64,000 bases of DNA. Source: an uncultured Clostridia bacterium. GTDB lineage: Bacteria > Bacillota > Clostridia > Christensenellales > Aristaeellaceae. Below, in pieces: positions 28,591-38,079 of the stretch (its first letter is position 1; each line of letters starts with the position of its first letter). Location of the stretch: assembly GCA_946411525.1 (NCBI GenBank), contig CAMKEI010000003.1, positions 31,892-95,891 on the forward strand, in the 5' to 3' direction. Position numbers and translations under genes: made by a program. The notes below the pieces were generated by a model, which did not search any database, was not told where the DNA came from, and saw nothing but the letters and a program-made list of their open reading frames with translations.

Positions 28591-29406
28591 ATGGACAGAA
28601 TCCGCCGGAACGAGCGCATGACCGCAATGATGAAAATGCTGTCAGGAAAGCCGAACAGAATCTTTACGCTGAGCAGCTTCTGCGAGCTGTTCGGCTCCGC
28701 CAAGTCCACCATGAGCGAGGATGTGGATCTGCTGCAGCAGGTGACGAAAGCTTTTGACCTGGGCGAAGTGGAGACGGTAACCGGCGCTGCCGGCGGGGTG
28801 AGATACCGTCCTGTGGTCAGCCGGAAAAAAGCCAGGGAAACGATCGGAGAACTGTGCGAAAAACTGAGCGGTACGGAACGCGTGCTTCCGGGCGGTTTTC
28901 TCTACTACAGCGATATTCTGTCCACGCCGGAAACCGTAAACAGGATGGGTGAAATCATCGCGACCGAATACTATGCCGAGGATCCTGATTTTGTCCTGAC
29001 GATGGAAACAAAGGGAATTCCGGTCGCGTTTGCCACGGCGAATGCTCTGGGCGTGCCGCTGGTAATCGCCCGGCACTCATCCCGTGTATACGAAGGTTCT
29101 GCGGTGAACATCAACTACGTTTCCGGCAGCGGCAGCATTGAAACGATGAGCCTGAGCCGCCGGGCGGTGAAGGAGAACCAGAAAGCGCTGATCGTGGACG
29201 ATTTTCTCAAGGGAGGCGGCACGGCAGGCGGCATGGTGGAGCTCATGCGTGAGTTCAACGTGAAGGTGGTCGGGATGGCGTTTGTCATGTCCACCGCTGC
29301 GCCGGCAAAAAAGCGTATCACCGGAGAAAAGGCTCTGATGACCCTGGAGGTGAAGGACGGAGAACCGCCTGCCGCCGTGGTCCGGCCCGCGGAATGGCTC
29401 CGGTGA
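28591..29406 (+). CDS. purR: Pur operon repressor PurR (Bacillus type)
   Basis: RRNER, AKSTMSED wHTH, GAAGGV, RVLPGGFLY, TMETKGIP, NYVSGS, LIVDDFLKGGGT. Confidence 0.95.
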   Translation: MDRIRRNERMTAMMKMLSGKPNRIFTLSSFCELFGSAKSTMSEDVDLLQQVTKAFDLGEVETVTGAAGGVRYRPVVSRKKARETIGELCEKLSGTERVLPGGFLYYSDILSTPETVNRMGEIIATEYYAEDPDFVLTMETKGIPVAFATANALGVPLVIARHSSRVYEGSAVNINYVSGSGSIETMSLSRRAVKENQKALIVDDFLKGGGTAGGMVELMREFNVKVVGMAFVMSTAAPAKKRITGEKALMTLEVKDGEPPAAVVRPAEWLR

Positions 29407-29407
29407 T

Positions 29408-29437
29408 TTGCCAAAGAACAGCAGTACATGATATAAT
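29408..29437 (+). promoter_or_regulatory. Putative promoter of the yggS-sepF-divIVA cluster
   Basis: TTGCCA-N18-TATAAT with TG extension. Confidence 0.55.
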
Positions 29438-29466
29438 CATCTGTTGTCGGAGAGGGGGGAGAGCGG

Positions 29467-30702
29467 GTGTACGATATGCAGCCTCCGCAGCCGGTGCAGA
29501 TCCCGCAGCGGCCGGAGAACAAGCGTATGAGCGTGCCGCAGATCATGATGATCGTGCTGGTACTGGCGTTTGCCGTGTGGTATCTGATTACCACACTGAC
29601 CCCCGAAAGCTCTCCCTATGCTACGATTACGGCCGGCGTAATCGGTTCCCGGTATACCGGGGACTGCCTGATCGTCCGGGACGAGACCCCGTTTGCCGCG
29701 GAAGGCGTATCGAGTGTTAACTATATCGCGGAAGAAGGGAGCCTGGTTACCCGGGGCATGACCGTCTGCAACGTCTATTCCTCCGCTTTCAATACCCGGG
29801 AAATGACTGCGCTGCAGGATTACCGGGATCAGATCAAAAACTATCAGATCAAGCTGCTTAAGGCACAGGTGACCACGGACGCCCAGATGCAGAAACTTGA
29901 AGCTGAAGTGATGACCAGGGCGAGAGAGGTCCGTGAACTGATCGGCGGCGCCCGGGGCAACATGAATAACCAGGAAAAAATGCTTTCCTCGGCGATCCAG
30001 GCGCGGCAGGCCCGGCTGAAGGAGATGTACAGCGAGGACCAGCGGATGACCCGCCTGTACGACGACGAGCAGAGCCAGCTGCAGCGCATTTCCAGCTGGA
30101 CGAAACAGTACGGAGCCCAGGGAGAAGGCCTGGTGAGCTTTTATTCAGACGGATACGAATACGGGTTGACGGTGACAAACTACGATCAGTTTAACCCATC
30201 TCAGGTCCGGGCTATGCTCAACGGCCAGAAACCGCCGTCGAACGAGCTGTCCTCGAAGGGGAAAACCACCATTTACCGTCTGGTACGGGACGGACACTGG
30301 ATAGTGCTGATGCTGATCAGGGACAGTAACTGGAACCCGGTGGAAGGCGCGGAATACGAACTGAAACTTGAGAATTTCAAGGACACGATGGTGAAGGCCC
30401 GGGTGCTGAGTTTCACCCGGACAGGCGGCGAGCTGGAAGTCCGCCTCGACGTGATGAGCAGCGTGAAGCCTGTGCTGTACATCCGCACCTGCACCGGGGT
30501 GCTTGGCGACAGCGTGTCCAGCCTGACCGTGCCGTCAAAGGCCCTGTATACACAGGACAATATGCCCGGCGTGGTCGTGGTAAACGGGGATTATCAGTTC
30601 TTTATTCCTGTGAACGTAATTGACAAGCGGGACGGGATGGTCTATATTTCCCCGATCCAGCAGGGCGTACTCTATGAGGGACAGACAGTCAGGCTGTTCT
30701 GA
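29467..30702 (+). CDS. HlyD/membrane-fusion-protein-like protein
   Basis: Single N-terminal TM, LIVRDE, EGSLV, coiled coil, GLVSFYSDGYE, LTVPSKAL; typical clostridial position upstream of yggS. Confidence 0.7.
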   Translation: MYDMQPPQPVQIPQRPENKRMSVPQIMMIVLVLAFAVWYLITTLTPESSPYATITAGVIGSRYTGDCLIVRDETPFAAEGVSSVNYIAEEGSLVTRGMTVCNVYSSAFNTREMTALQDYRDQIKNYQIKLLKAQVTTDAQMQKLEAEVMTRAREVRELIGGARGNMNNQEKMLSSAIQARQARLKEMYSEDQRMTRLYDDEQSQLQRISSWTKQYGAQGEGLVSFYSDGYEYGLTVTNYDQFNPSQVRAMLNGQKPPSNELSSKGKTTIYRLVRDGHWIVLMLIRDSNWNPVEGAEYELKLENFKDTMVKARVLSFTRTGGELEVRLDVMSSVKPVLYIRTCTGVLGDSVSSLTVPSKALYTQDNMPGVVVVNGDYQFFIPVNVIDKRDGMVYISPIQQGVLYEGQTVRLF

Positions 30703-30729
30703 TTCCGGCGAGGAGGATAACGAAGATCC

Positions 30730-31416
30730 ATGACCCCCGAAGAACTGACGAACAGGGTCGCGCGGATCCGGCAGGAACTGACGGAAGCATCGGACGGACG
30801 GTATCCTGCGCCGCGGCTGATCGTGGTGACGAAGACCCACAGCGCGGAAGAGATCCTGCCGCTTGCCCGGGCCGGTGTGACGGAGATCGGCGAGAATCGG
30901 GTGCAGGAACTGCTGGGCAAGCTGGACGGACTGCAGGACCTATTTCAGATTCATCTGATCGGCCGCCTGCAGCGGAACAAGGTGAAGCCGATTATCGGGA
31001 ACGTATGCATGATTCAGTCGGTGGACTCGGAACCGCTGGCTATGGAGATCCATAACCGGGCGCTGGCCGCAGGACGGCGGATGCCGGTGCTGATTGAGGT
31101 GAGTCCCGCCGGGGAAGCGCAGAAGGGCGGCGTTCCTTTCGGGGAGACGGAAGCTTTTCTGAAACGGATCGCCCCGCTGGAAGGACTGGAAATCCGGGGA
31201 CTGATGGCGGTGATGCCGCTGACGGAGGACCGGGAATACCTGGACGGATTATTTGCACGGACGCGCGGGCTGTTTGACCGCCTGAGGGACAGAAACCTGG
31301 GCGGGGTTACGATGGAGGAGCTGAGTATGGGCATGTCCGGGGATTACCGGCTGGCCGCAGCCCACGGAGCAACCATGGTCCGGGTCGGGAGCGCGATTTT
31401 CGGACCCCGCGGATGA
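30730..31416 (+). CDS. yggS: PLP homeostasis protein YggS/YlmE
   Basis: VVTKT, IGENRVQE, HLIGRLQRNK, IQSVDS, LSMGMSGDY, GATMVRVGSAIFG. Confidence 0.96.
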   Translation: MTPEELTNRVARIRQELTEASDGRYPAPRLIVVTKTHSAEEILPLARAGVTEIGENRVQELLGKLDGLQDLFQIHLIGRLQRNKVKPIIGNVCMIQSVDSEPLAMEIHNRALAAGRRMPVLIEVSPAGEAQKGGVPFGETEAFLKRIAPLEGLEIRGLMAVMPLTEDREYLDGLFARTRGLFDRLRDRNLGGVTMEELSMGMSGDYRLAAAHGATMVRVGSAIFGPRG

Positions 31417-31439
31417 CGGGGAAGAGGAGAGGACAAACG

Positions 31440-32375
31440 ATGGCACTGAAGGATCTGATGAAGAATATCGGCGGCATGTTTTCCCGGGTGTCGGCGGACA
31501 TTACCCGCCGGCCGGACGGGGGAACCAGCCACTACCGCCCGCTGCGGAAGAAAACGGCGGAACCACAGCCCGGAGAAATGATCCGGACGCAGGGCGCAGC
31601 GCAGGATCCGCAATATGTGCATACCGGATTTACAGGAATGAATCCGCCTACGTTCTTCGGCGGATATGAACAGCAGACAGGATACAATCAGACATCCTAC
31701 AGCCAGCCCGATTACAATACGTCCTGGCAGCCTGCCTGGAACCAGCAGCCGGCCGGACAGACGAATTATTTCCGGACACAGGAGCAGGCACCGCAGCAGA
31801 ACTACGTCGGAAAAGGAAGCTTCAGCGGACAGACAGGTTTTACCCAGGCTGCCAGAAACAACAATATCTCCTATATGCCGGGCGTGAATCCCGGAGCGGA
31901 CCGCGGCCAGGTCCATGTGGAGCATATTATCACGCTGACCGGTCTGAAGAGCTGCTATGAAGCAATTGAATGCATGAAGGACGGAGAGACCCTGATTGTG
32001 ATGCTGGATGCGATCGCCAACGAGAGTGAGAGTATACGATGCCAGGATATGCTGGCCGGCGCGGCATTTACGCTGGGCTGTTCGGTAAGGCTGCTGCAGG
32101 GCGCCCGGCTCGTTGTAATCGCGCCGGAAGGCGTGAAGATTCTGCCGGAACAGGCGGCTGTCAATGAGATGCCACGGACGTCCGATATGCAGGCAACACG
32201 TATGACTACAGCGGCAGAAGCTCCCTATCCGGGCAGACGGGAACGCCGGACAGGCGTGAACGCGGCAGAATGGAACGCGGCGCGCAACGGTGAACTGGAA
32301 GGATACAATCCCTACACCGGAACGATGCCAGTGGCAGCGGGATCATACGCCAGTTTCGGCGGATACGGTTTCTGA
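31440..32375 (+). CDS. sepF: SepF-family protein with long low-complexity extensions
   Basis: Divergent SepF core (AIECMKDGETLIVML...RCQDMLAGAAFTLGCSV...VVIAPEGV); between yggS and divIVA; GAGGAG RBS. Confidence 0.72.
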   Translation: MALKDLMKNIGGMFSRVSADITRRPDGGTSHYRPLRKKTAEPQPGEMIRTQGAAQDPQYVHTGFTGMNPPTFFGGYEQQTGYNQTSYSQPDYNTSWQPAWNQQPAGQTNYFRTQEQAPQQNYVGKGSFSGQTGFTQAARNNNISYMPGVNPGADRGQVHVEHIITLTGLKSCYEAIECMKDGETLIVMLDAIANESESIRCQDMLAGAAFTLGCSVRLLQGARLVVIAPEGVKILPEQAAVNEMPRTSDMQATRMTTAAEAPYPGRRERRTGVNAAEWNAARNGELEGYNPYTGTMPVAAGSYASFGGYGF

Positions 32376-32416
32376 CCCAAATCTCATAAAGAATGAAGTA
32401 TTCAGGAGGCAAGACA

Positions 32417-32890
32417 ATGGAACGGATCACGGCGGATATGATTGCGGACAAGGAGTTTACCATTGAGAGCAGAGGATACAACAAGGACGAAGTGGATACC
32501 TTCCTGGATCTGATCTGCGAGGAGATGGACCGGCTGAACAACGAAATCCAGGATCTTCGCCAGAAGACCACAATCGTGCGGCCTTCAGCGTCCATGCCGG
32601 AATCATCCGGGGTGAGCCGCGAGGATGAGAGCAAGTTCCGCGAAATTCTTGAGATGGCGGCGACGGTCAAGGAGGAGACAATCCGCAAGGCACGGGAAGA
32701 CGCGGAAGCGATCCGGCTGAAGGCGGAGACAGAAGCAAGGGAACGTCTGGACGGACTGACTGAGGAACGGGAAGGGCTGGAGAAGGAAGTGGCCGCGCTG
32801 AAGGAAACGGCTGCGGAATACCGGCGGAAGTTTGAGGAGCTGCTCCATGCTCAGCAGGATGCCCTGGAAAAGGCGACCGGGCTGTTCTGA
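32417..32890 (+). CDS. divIVA: DivIVA domain protein
   Basis: ITADMIADKEF...RGYNKDEVDTFLD followed by coiled coil; AGGAGG RBS. Confidence 0.9.
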   Translation: MERITADMIADKEFTIESRGYNKDEVDTFLDLICEEMDRLNNEIQDLRQKTTIVRPSASMPESSGVSREDESKFREILEMAATVKEETIRKAREDAEAIRLKAETEARERLDGLTEEREGLEKEVAALKETAAEYRRKFEELLHAQQDALEKATGLF

Positions 32891-32983
32891 AAACCAGGAT
32901 TCTCCAGCTTTCCGCTTCGGGACAGGGACGCTGTTCCGGACGGAAGCGGGGGATCTTTTATTATTTCGGGGAGGGATTGAAAA

Positions 32984-33883
32984 ATGTTTGGTTTCAGACC
33001 TGACGGCAGACGGCTTAAGGATGTGGATCCCCTTGTACAGATAACGCCTTACCTGATGCCTATGCGCTGTGACGCGCAGGTATTCCTGGAGCATAAGGCA
33101 GACTATGAAAAGATGGCCCGCTATATCGCGGAAAAGAACCGGCAGGGAGAGCGGATCACCTTTATGCAGATCATCGCCGCAGCCTACGTCCGGTCGGTAA
33201 GCCAGCTGCCGGAGCTGAACCGCTATATCTACAACAAGCAGTATTACGCCCGGGATAACTGTTCCATTTCCTATGTGGTGCTGAAGGATCCGCAGAACAA
33301 CGAAAGCAACGAGGTTACCGCCCGGATCGAGTTTGACCTCACGGACACAATTTTTGACGTGCGCGACCGGATGGTCGCTGCCCAGGAGAAGATCCGCGAG
33401 GCGGAGGACGACGCCTTTGTAACGAAACTGGCAGGCACCCTGCTGAAAATTCCGGGCCTGGCTACGGTGTTTACGAAAATCGGCATCCTGCTGGACCGCT
33501 ACGGGCTTGTCCCGGCGAGCCTGATCAAGGAGCTGCCGTTCTTCAGCGGGCTGTTTATCACGAACAACGCGTCCATCGGCCTGAATCATGTGTGGCACCA
33601 TATCTATAATTTCGGCAACGTGAGCATGTTTATCGGCATGGGGAACATCCTGAAGGAAGCCGCCGTGGACAGTGAAGGAAAAGCCCGGATGAAGCGGTGG
33701 CTTCCGCTGGGCATGACCGCTGATGAGCGGATGTGCTCCGGCGCCCATTATGCGGCGTTTTTCGCGAGCATGGTCAAATATATGGACAATCCTGTCCTGC
33801 TGGAGAAACCGCCCGAATCGGTCCGGTTTGACCTGAAAGGGAAACTGGAATATCATGTTCCAAAGATCAAAAAGGCAGAATAA
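32984..33883 (+). CDS. Stand-alone 2-oxoacid dehydrogenase E2-like acyltransferase catalytic domain protein
   Basis: PELNRYI, LFITNNASIG, LPLGMTADERMCSG (variant of DHRxxDG), MDNPVLLE; no lipoyl domain. Confidence 0.7.
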   Translation: MFGFRPDGRRLKDVDPLVQITPYLMPMRCDAQVFLEHKADYEKMARYIAEKNRQGERITFMQIIAAAYVRSVSQLPELNRYIYNKQYYARDNCSISYVVLKDPQNNESNEVTARIEFDLTDTIFDVRDRMVAAQEKIREAEDDAFVTKLAGTLLKIPGLATVFTKIGILLDRYGLVPASLIKELPFFSGLFITNNASIGLNHVWHHIYNFGNVSMFIGMGNILKEAAVDSEGKARMKRWLPLGMTADERMCSGAHYAAFFASMVKYMDNPVLLEKPPESVRFDLKGKLEYHVPKIKKAE

Positions 33884-33916
33884 AGAAATGACCGGAGAGA
33901 TCCGGTCATTTCTTTA
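33881..33916. terminator. Bidirectional terminator
   Basis: Perfect 16-bp stem TAAAGAAATGACCGGA-gaga-TCCGGTCATTTCTTTA containing both convergent stop codons. Confidence 0.9.
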
Positions 33917-34801
33917 CACAAAGCTTTCGTCTCTGTTGAACAGAGGGATAAAGTCCTTATCGGCGGAATCCGGTTCCTGCAGAAAACCGGGAATGTCCAG
34001 GGCCAGCATGTGATCGCGGACACGCGCATATTCCCGTTCTGTAATGCGTCGGCCGAGGCCGGGAACGGAAACGTTATTGCAGGGGACGTACTGGCGCATG
34101 AGGCTGACCGGCGTACCTGCGGGCAATTCATCCCGGATCCAGGTGAGAAGCCGGAGGCTTTCCGAGGTGAAACCGGGGAGGATCAGATGGCGGACGAGGG
34201 TTCCGCGCAGCATGATCCCGTCCTCATTGTAAACCGGAGCCCCGGTCTGCCGGCACATTTCCTTCAGGGCGGCCGAGGCAGCGGTGAAGTAATCCGGCGC
34301 TCCAGAGCACAGACTGCCGGCACGGGGGGAAAAATGCTTCAGATCAGGCAGATACACATCGATAACGCCTTCCAGCATACGAAGGGTATCGACTGTTTCA
34401 TAGCCGGAGGTGTTCCAGACGAGGGGCAGCGGAGGCCGCCAAAGTTCCAGCGCTTCAAGAATGCGGGGCACAAAGGGTGTGCCGGTAATCAGGGAAACCG
34501 TGTGAACCCCGAGATCACACAGGCGTTTCAGCGTATCGGACAATTGCCGCGGGGTAAAGAAGCGGCCTTCATTCCGGTGGGATATGTCGCCGTTCTGGCA
34601 GTAAACGCAGCGGAGCGTGCAGCCGGAAAAGAAAACCGCACCGGTGCCGCGGGCGCCGGATACAGGCGGCTCCTCCCACAGGTGAGGCGCAGCCCGGGCA
34701 ATGAGCATCTGCGTCCCCAGGCCGCAGAAACCGGGCCGGGCGGAACGGTCCACGCCGCATTGCCGCGGACAGAGACGGCAGGAAGAAAAATCGTAATTCA
34801 T
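33914..34801 (-). CDS. Radical SAM protein, PflX family
   Basis: CRLCPRQC...FC, HLWEEPPVSG, FFSGCTLRCVYCQN, WNTSGYE, YLPDLK, LVRHLILPG, SLMRQY. Confidence 0.9.
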   Translation of the reverse strand: MNYDFSSCRLCPRQCGVDRSARPGFCGLGTQMLIARAAPHLWEEPPVSGARGTGAVFFSGCTLRCVYCQNGDISHRNEGRFFTPRQLSDTLKRLCDLGVHTVSLITGTPFVPRILEALELWRPPLPLVWNTSGYETVDTLRMLEGVIDVYLPDLKHFSPRAGSLCSGAPDYFTAASAALKEMCRQTGAPVYNEDGIMLRGTLVRHLILPGFTSESLRLLTWIRDELPAGTPVSLMRQYVPCNNVSVPGLGRRITEREYARVRDHMLALDIPGFLQEPDSADKDFIPLFNRDESFV

Positions 34802-34920
34802 AACGTTATTATAGGGAGTGCAGCGGGAAAAGGCAACCGGGAGCAGGACTTGTGAAGAGGAAGCCTTTCAGCTATAATATATGATGTCGGAATCTTTGTG
34901 TGTAAAGGAGAAGACGAAGG

Positions 34921-37900
34921 TTGGACAACTGGAACAGAAATGATCAGGATGAATATACAGGCGTTACTGCCCAGCGCAGGAACCGGAGGAGAATGAATAC
35001 GGGCGGACCGGAAACCGCGGCTGATTCCATCACGGCAGAGGACGTGTCTGAGCCGGAAATAACCACGCCGCCCGCTGCCATGTCCGAACCGGATACCCCG
35101 GCTGAACCCGAAACGCCGGCTGACTCTGAAGCGGCGGGCAGGATGGAGGAGCCGGGCAAATCAAAAGCGCCTGCCGGCACAGAAGAAGCAGGAGGACCGG
35201 AAACACCGGCTGAGCCGGCCGTTCAGGCCGCGGACAGCCGGATACCTCCGGAAGCGCGCCGCATGGCCGCCGCGCCGTACGGAACGGCCCGGGAAGGCGC
35301 AAAGCGGCCCGGCACGAGGCCGCAGGTCGCGCCGAGACGTCCGCTGGTGCGGGAAGAACAACGACCGGTTCCCAGGCCGAGGCGGGAAGCGCCGTCAGGA
35401 ATACAGCACAGCGGCGCCGGTCAGCGGGAAAGATCACCGCGGGTGAACGTCGGATATGCCCCGGGACGGATGAGCGAAGGGGAGACCCGGCAGATACCGG
35501 CAGCGGACGCCGCCCGCGAAGCTCTCTACGGCCGGGACGCCAAAGCCTATCTGGAAAAAAGGAGACAGCCCTTCCGCATGGAGGAAGCGCAAAGGAATAC
35601 TTCGGACCATCCTGCTCACAGGATACTGCGGACACTGGTGATCCTGCTGGTGGCAGCGGGCCTGATTCTGACCGGCTGGATGCTGCTGAAAGGCGGAAAC
35701 GGTTCAGACAGACCCGCCAACCGGGAGGCCCCGCAGGTGCTCAGGTTTGTCCTGCTGAACCCGGAAAGCCAGATAGCACCGGCGGATCTGAGCTTCCTGG
35801 CTGAAACCGGAAAAGACGTGGAAGAGATCCGGCTGTACGGGGACGGCGACAGGGAGCCTGAGATTGAAGTAAAAGCCGCGGACAATGCAGACAGCAAACT
35901 CTGGACGATGAAAATGCATGTGGAAACCGGCTTTATTGGTACGGTAATGCTGCAGGCACGCCGGAGTGGAGAAGAAGAATGGATCGATACCGGACTTACG
36001 GCTGAAATCACTGTGAACACGCCGATGGGCATGGATGCCCAGGAAAACGGCAATTCTGCCATCGCCGATCCGGATGACGATGATTATTATGACGAAGACG
36101 CAGAACAGGCAGGAGAGACCGATGGTGTGACGGAGCAGGCGGCTCCGCCGGAAGCCGGTGCCGAGGAACAACCGGAACAGCAGCCGGAGGAAGAACAGGA
36201 CGAGAATCTGGCAGGAGAGCTCCATACACCGGCGCCGACCGACACGCCGGCACCGACGGTGGCTGAAGCAACGCCTACGCCGCCTCTGACAGCGGAAGCG
36301 GCACCGGAAGCCAATCCCGACCTGATTACCTCCACGACGATTTATACCAGTTTTACCAAGAAGGAAAAGGATTATAACAGGCCGGCCAAGGAACTGATCC
36401 ATATGCCGGCCGCCGACGAATACACCAAACAGAAGCTCGGCGTGATGACCTTCCGGGGAGACAATTTCCGCCGGAACGCTGCTGCCGGCACACTGAGTGC
36501 CGCACCGCTGAACCTTTCCGTGCTCTGGCAGACGGAAGCCGGCAGTGCACGCGGAACGAACCAGACATATTACGGATACGGATGGACAGGACAGCCTGCG
36601 ATTGCCCGGTGGAGCACGGAAGTGCGTACCAGAAGCAATATCACGGAATCCAAAATCGACAAAGCCGCGCTGAAGGAAGTCATCATCGCCGGCCTTGACG
36701 GCGCGGTGCGTTTCCTGGACCTGGAGGACGGAAAGATCACCCGCAACAGCATCAAGCTGGGCTACCCCATGCGGGGCACGCCAAGCCTGCATCCCCGCGG
36801 TTATCCGTTTATGTCTGTCGGCCAGTTCGCGCGGAAGATGAAGGCGAAGACGGGCAAGATCGGCCTGCGGCAGTATAATCTGTACAACCAGAGTGAGCTC
36901 AGGCTGATCGACGGCCTGGACGGTAAATACCACCGGCCGCTGAATGATATCGGCAGCTTTGAGACGTCGGCGCTGATCGACCGGGAAAGCGACACCCTGA
37001 TAACAGTCGGAACAAACGGCATGCTGTACCTGGAATCGCTGGGGACGACCTTCGACTACAATACAGGCGTGCTGACCATTTCCCCGTCCATCGTGGCGAT
37101 GAATTCCAGAGCGAAGGGACAGAAGAGCGACGCCCTGCTGGCAGTGGAATCCTCCCCGGCGGCGTATGACAAATACGTCTTCTATGCGGATATGGGCGGT
37201 GTGCTGCGGTGTGTGGACACGAATACCCTGAGGCCTGTATGGGCGGTGAACACCGGGGATTCGGTCATGGCTGCGGTGGCGCTGGACCTTTCACAGGACC
37301 GGCAGCTGAGCCTTTATACAGCCAACATGCTCAATAACCGGAAGAAAGGGAACGGCAGCATTCAGATCCGCCGGTACGACGCCCTGAGCGGCAAGGAAAC
37401 CTGGTGTACGGATATCGGCGTGTACAAGGGTAAAAAAGACAAGGAAAAGGACAATATCGGCGCAAAAGCATCTCCCGTGATCGGGCAGAACGGGCTGGAG
37501 GACCTGGTGTTCTTTACAGTAACCGGTCTGTCGGAAGAAGGCACGCAGAAACTCGGGCTGAAGGCGGAAACGCCCGCTGCGCTGATTGCGCTGAGCAAGG
37601 ACAGCGGCCGCGTTGCATGGGCTTTCGGCCTGGGCAGCCGGAGCGAATCCTCCCCGATCGCGCTTTACGACACACAGGGGAACGGCTGGATCGTACAGTG
37701 CGAACAGAACGGCACGGTTCATCTGCTGGAAGGCCGTGCAGGGAGCGAGGTAAGCAGGCTGAACCTGGAAGCGGAGATAGAGGCGTCGCCCGCCGCATAC
37801 AACAATGTTGTGGTTATTGGAACCACAGGAAAGGGAACGGCGTTTGTCTACGGTATCGAAGTGAAACTCGACAAGCCGAAGGACGACGGCGGAAATACGA

Positions 37901-38079
37901 AAGCAGCGGACACCGAAAACACAGAAAGCGCAGACAGCGCCGAAAACATCCGGACGGATAACAGCGACGAAGCGGAAGAAAACGCCGAAGACGCGGGTCA
38001 GGACGATAACGGAGAGTATGAAGAATACGAAGATTACGAAGAATACGAAGACTTCGGTGAAGAGGACGGAGAACGGTGA
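34921..38079 (+). CDS. Large membrane-anchored protein with PQQ-like beta-propeller domain
   Basis: AAGGAG RBS, TTG start; ~235 aa disordered N-terminus, TM, acidic and PT linkers, TFRG...WTGQP...ESSP...ASP repeats, acidic tail. Confidence 0.75.
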   Translation: MDNWNRNDQDEYTGVTAQRRNRRRMNTGGPETAADSITAEDVSEPEITTPPAAMSEPDTPAEPETPADSEAAGRMEEPGKSKAPAGTEEAGGPETPAEPAVQAADSRIPPEARRMAAAPYGTAREGAKRPGTRPQVAPRRPLVREEQRPVPRPRREAPSGIQHSGAGQRERSPRVNVGYAPGRMSEGETRQIPAADAAREALYGRDAKAYLEKRRQPFRMEEAQRNTSDHPAHRILRTLVILLVAAGLILTGWMLLKGGNGSDRPANREAPQVLRFVLLNPESQIAPADLSFLAETGKDVEEIRLYGDGDREPEIEVKAADNADSKLWTMKMHVETGFIGTVMLQARRSGEEEWIDTGLTAEITVNTPMGMDAQENGNSAIADPDDDDYYDEDAEQAGETDGVTEQAAPPEAGAEEQPEQQPEEEQDENLAGELHTPAPTDTPAPTVAEATPTPPLTAEAAPEANPDLITSTTIYTSFTKKEKDYNRPAKELIHMPAADEYTKQKLGVMTFRGDNFRRNAAAGTLSAAPLNLSVLWQTEAGSARGTNQTYYGYGWTGQPAIARWSTEVRTRSNITESKIDKAALKEVIIAGLDGAVRFLDLEDGKITRNSIKLGYPMRGTPSLHPRGYPFMSVGQFARKMKAKTGKIGLRQYNLYNQSELRLIDGLDGKYHRPLNDIGSFETSALIDRESDTLITVGTNGMLYLESLGTTFDYNTGVLTISPSIVAMNSRAKGQKSDALLAVESSPAAYDKYVFYADMGGVLRCVDTNTLRPVWAVNTGDSVMAAVALDLSQDRQLSLYTANMLNNRKKGNGSIQIRRYDALSGKETWCTDIGVYKGKKDKEKDNIGAKASPVIGQNGLEDLVFFTVTGLSEEGTQKLGLKAETPAALIALSKDSGRVAWAFGLGSRSESSPIALYDTQGNGWIVQCEQNGTVHLLEGRAGSEVSRLNLEAEIEASPAAYNNVVVIGTTGKGTAFVYGIEVKLDKPKDDGGNTKAADTENTESADSAENIRTDNSDEAEENAEDAGQDDNGEYEEYEDYEEYEDFGEEDGER

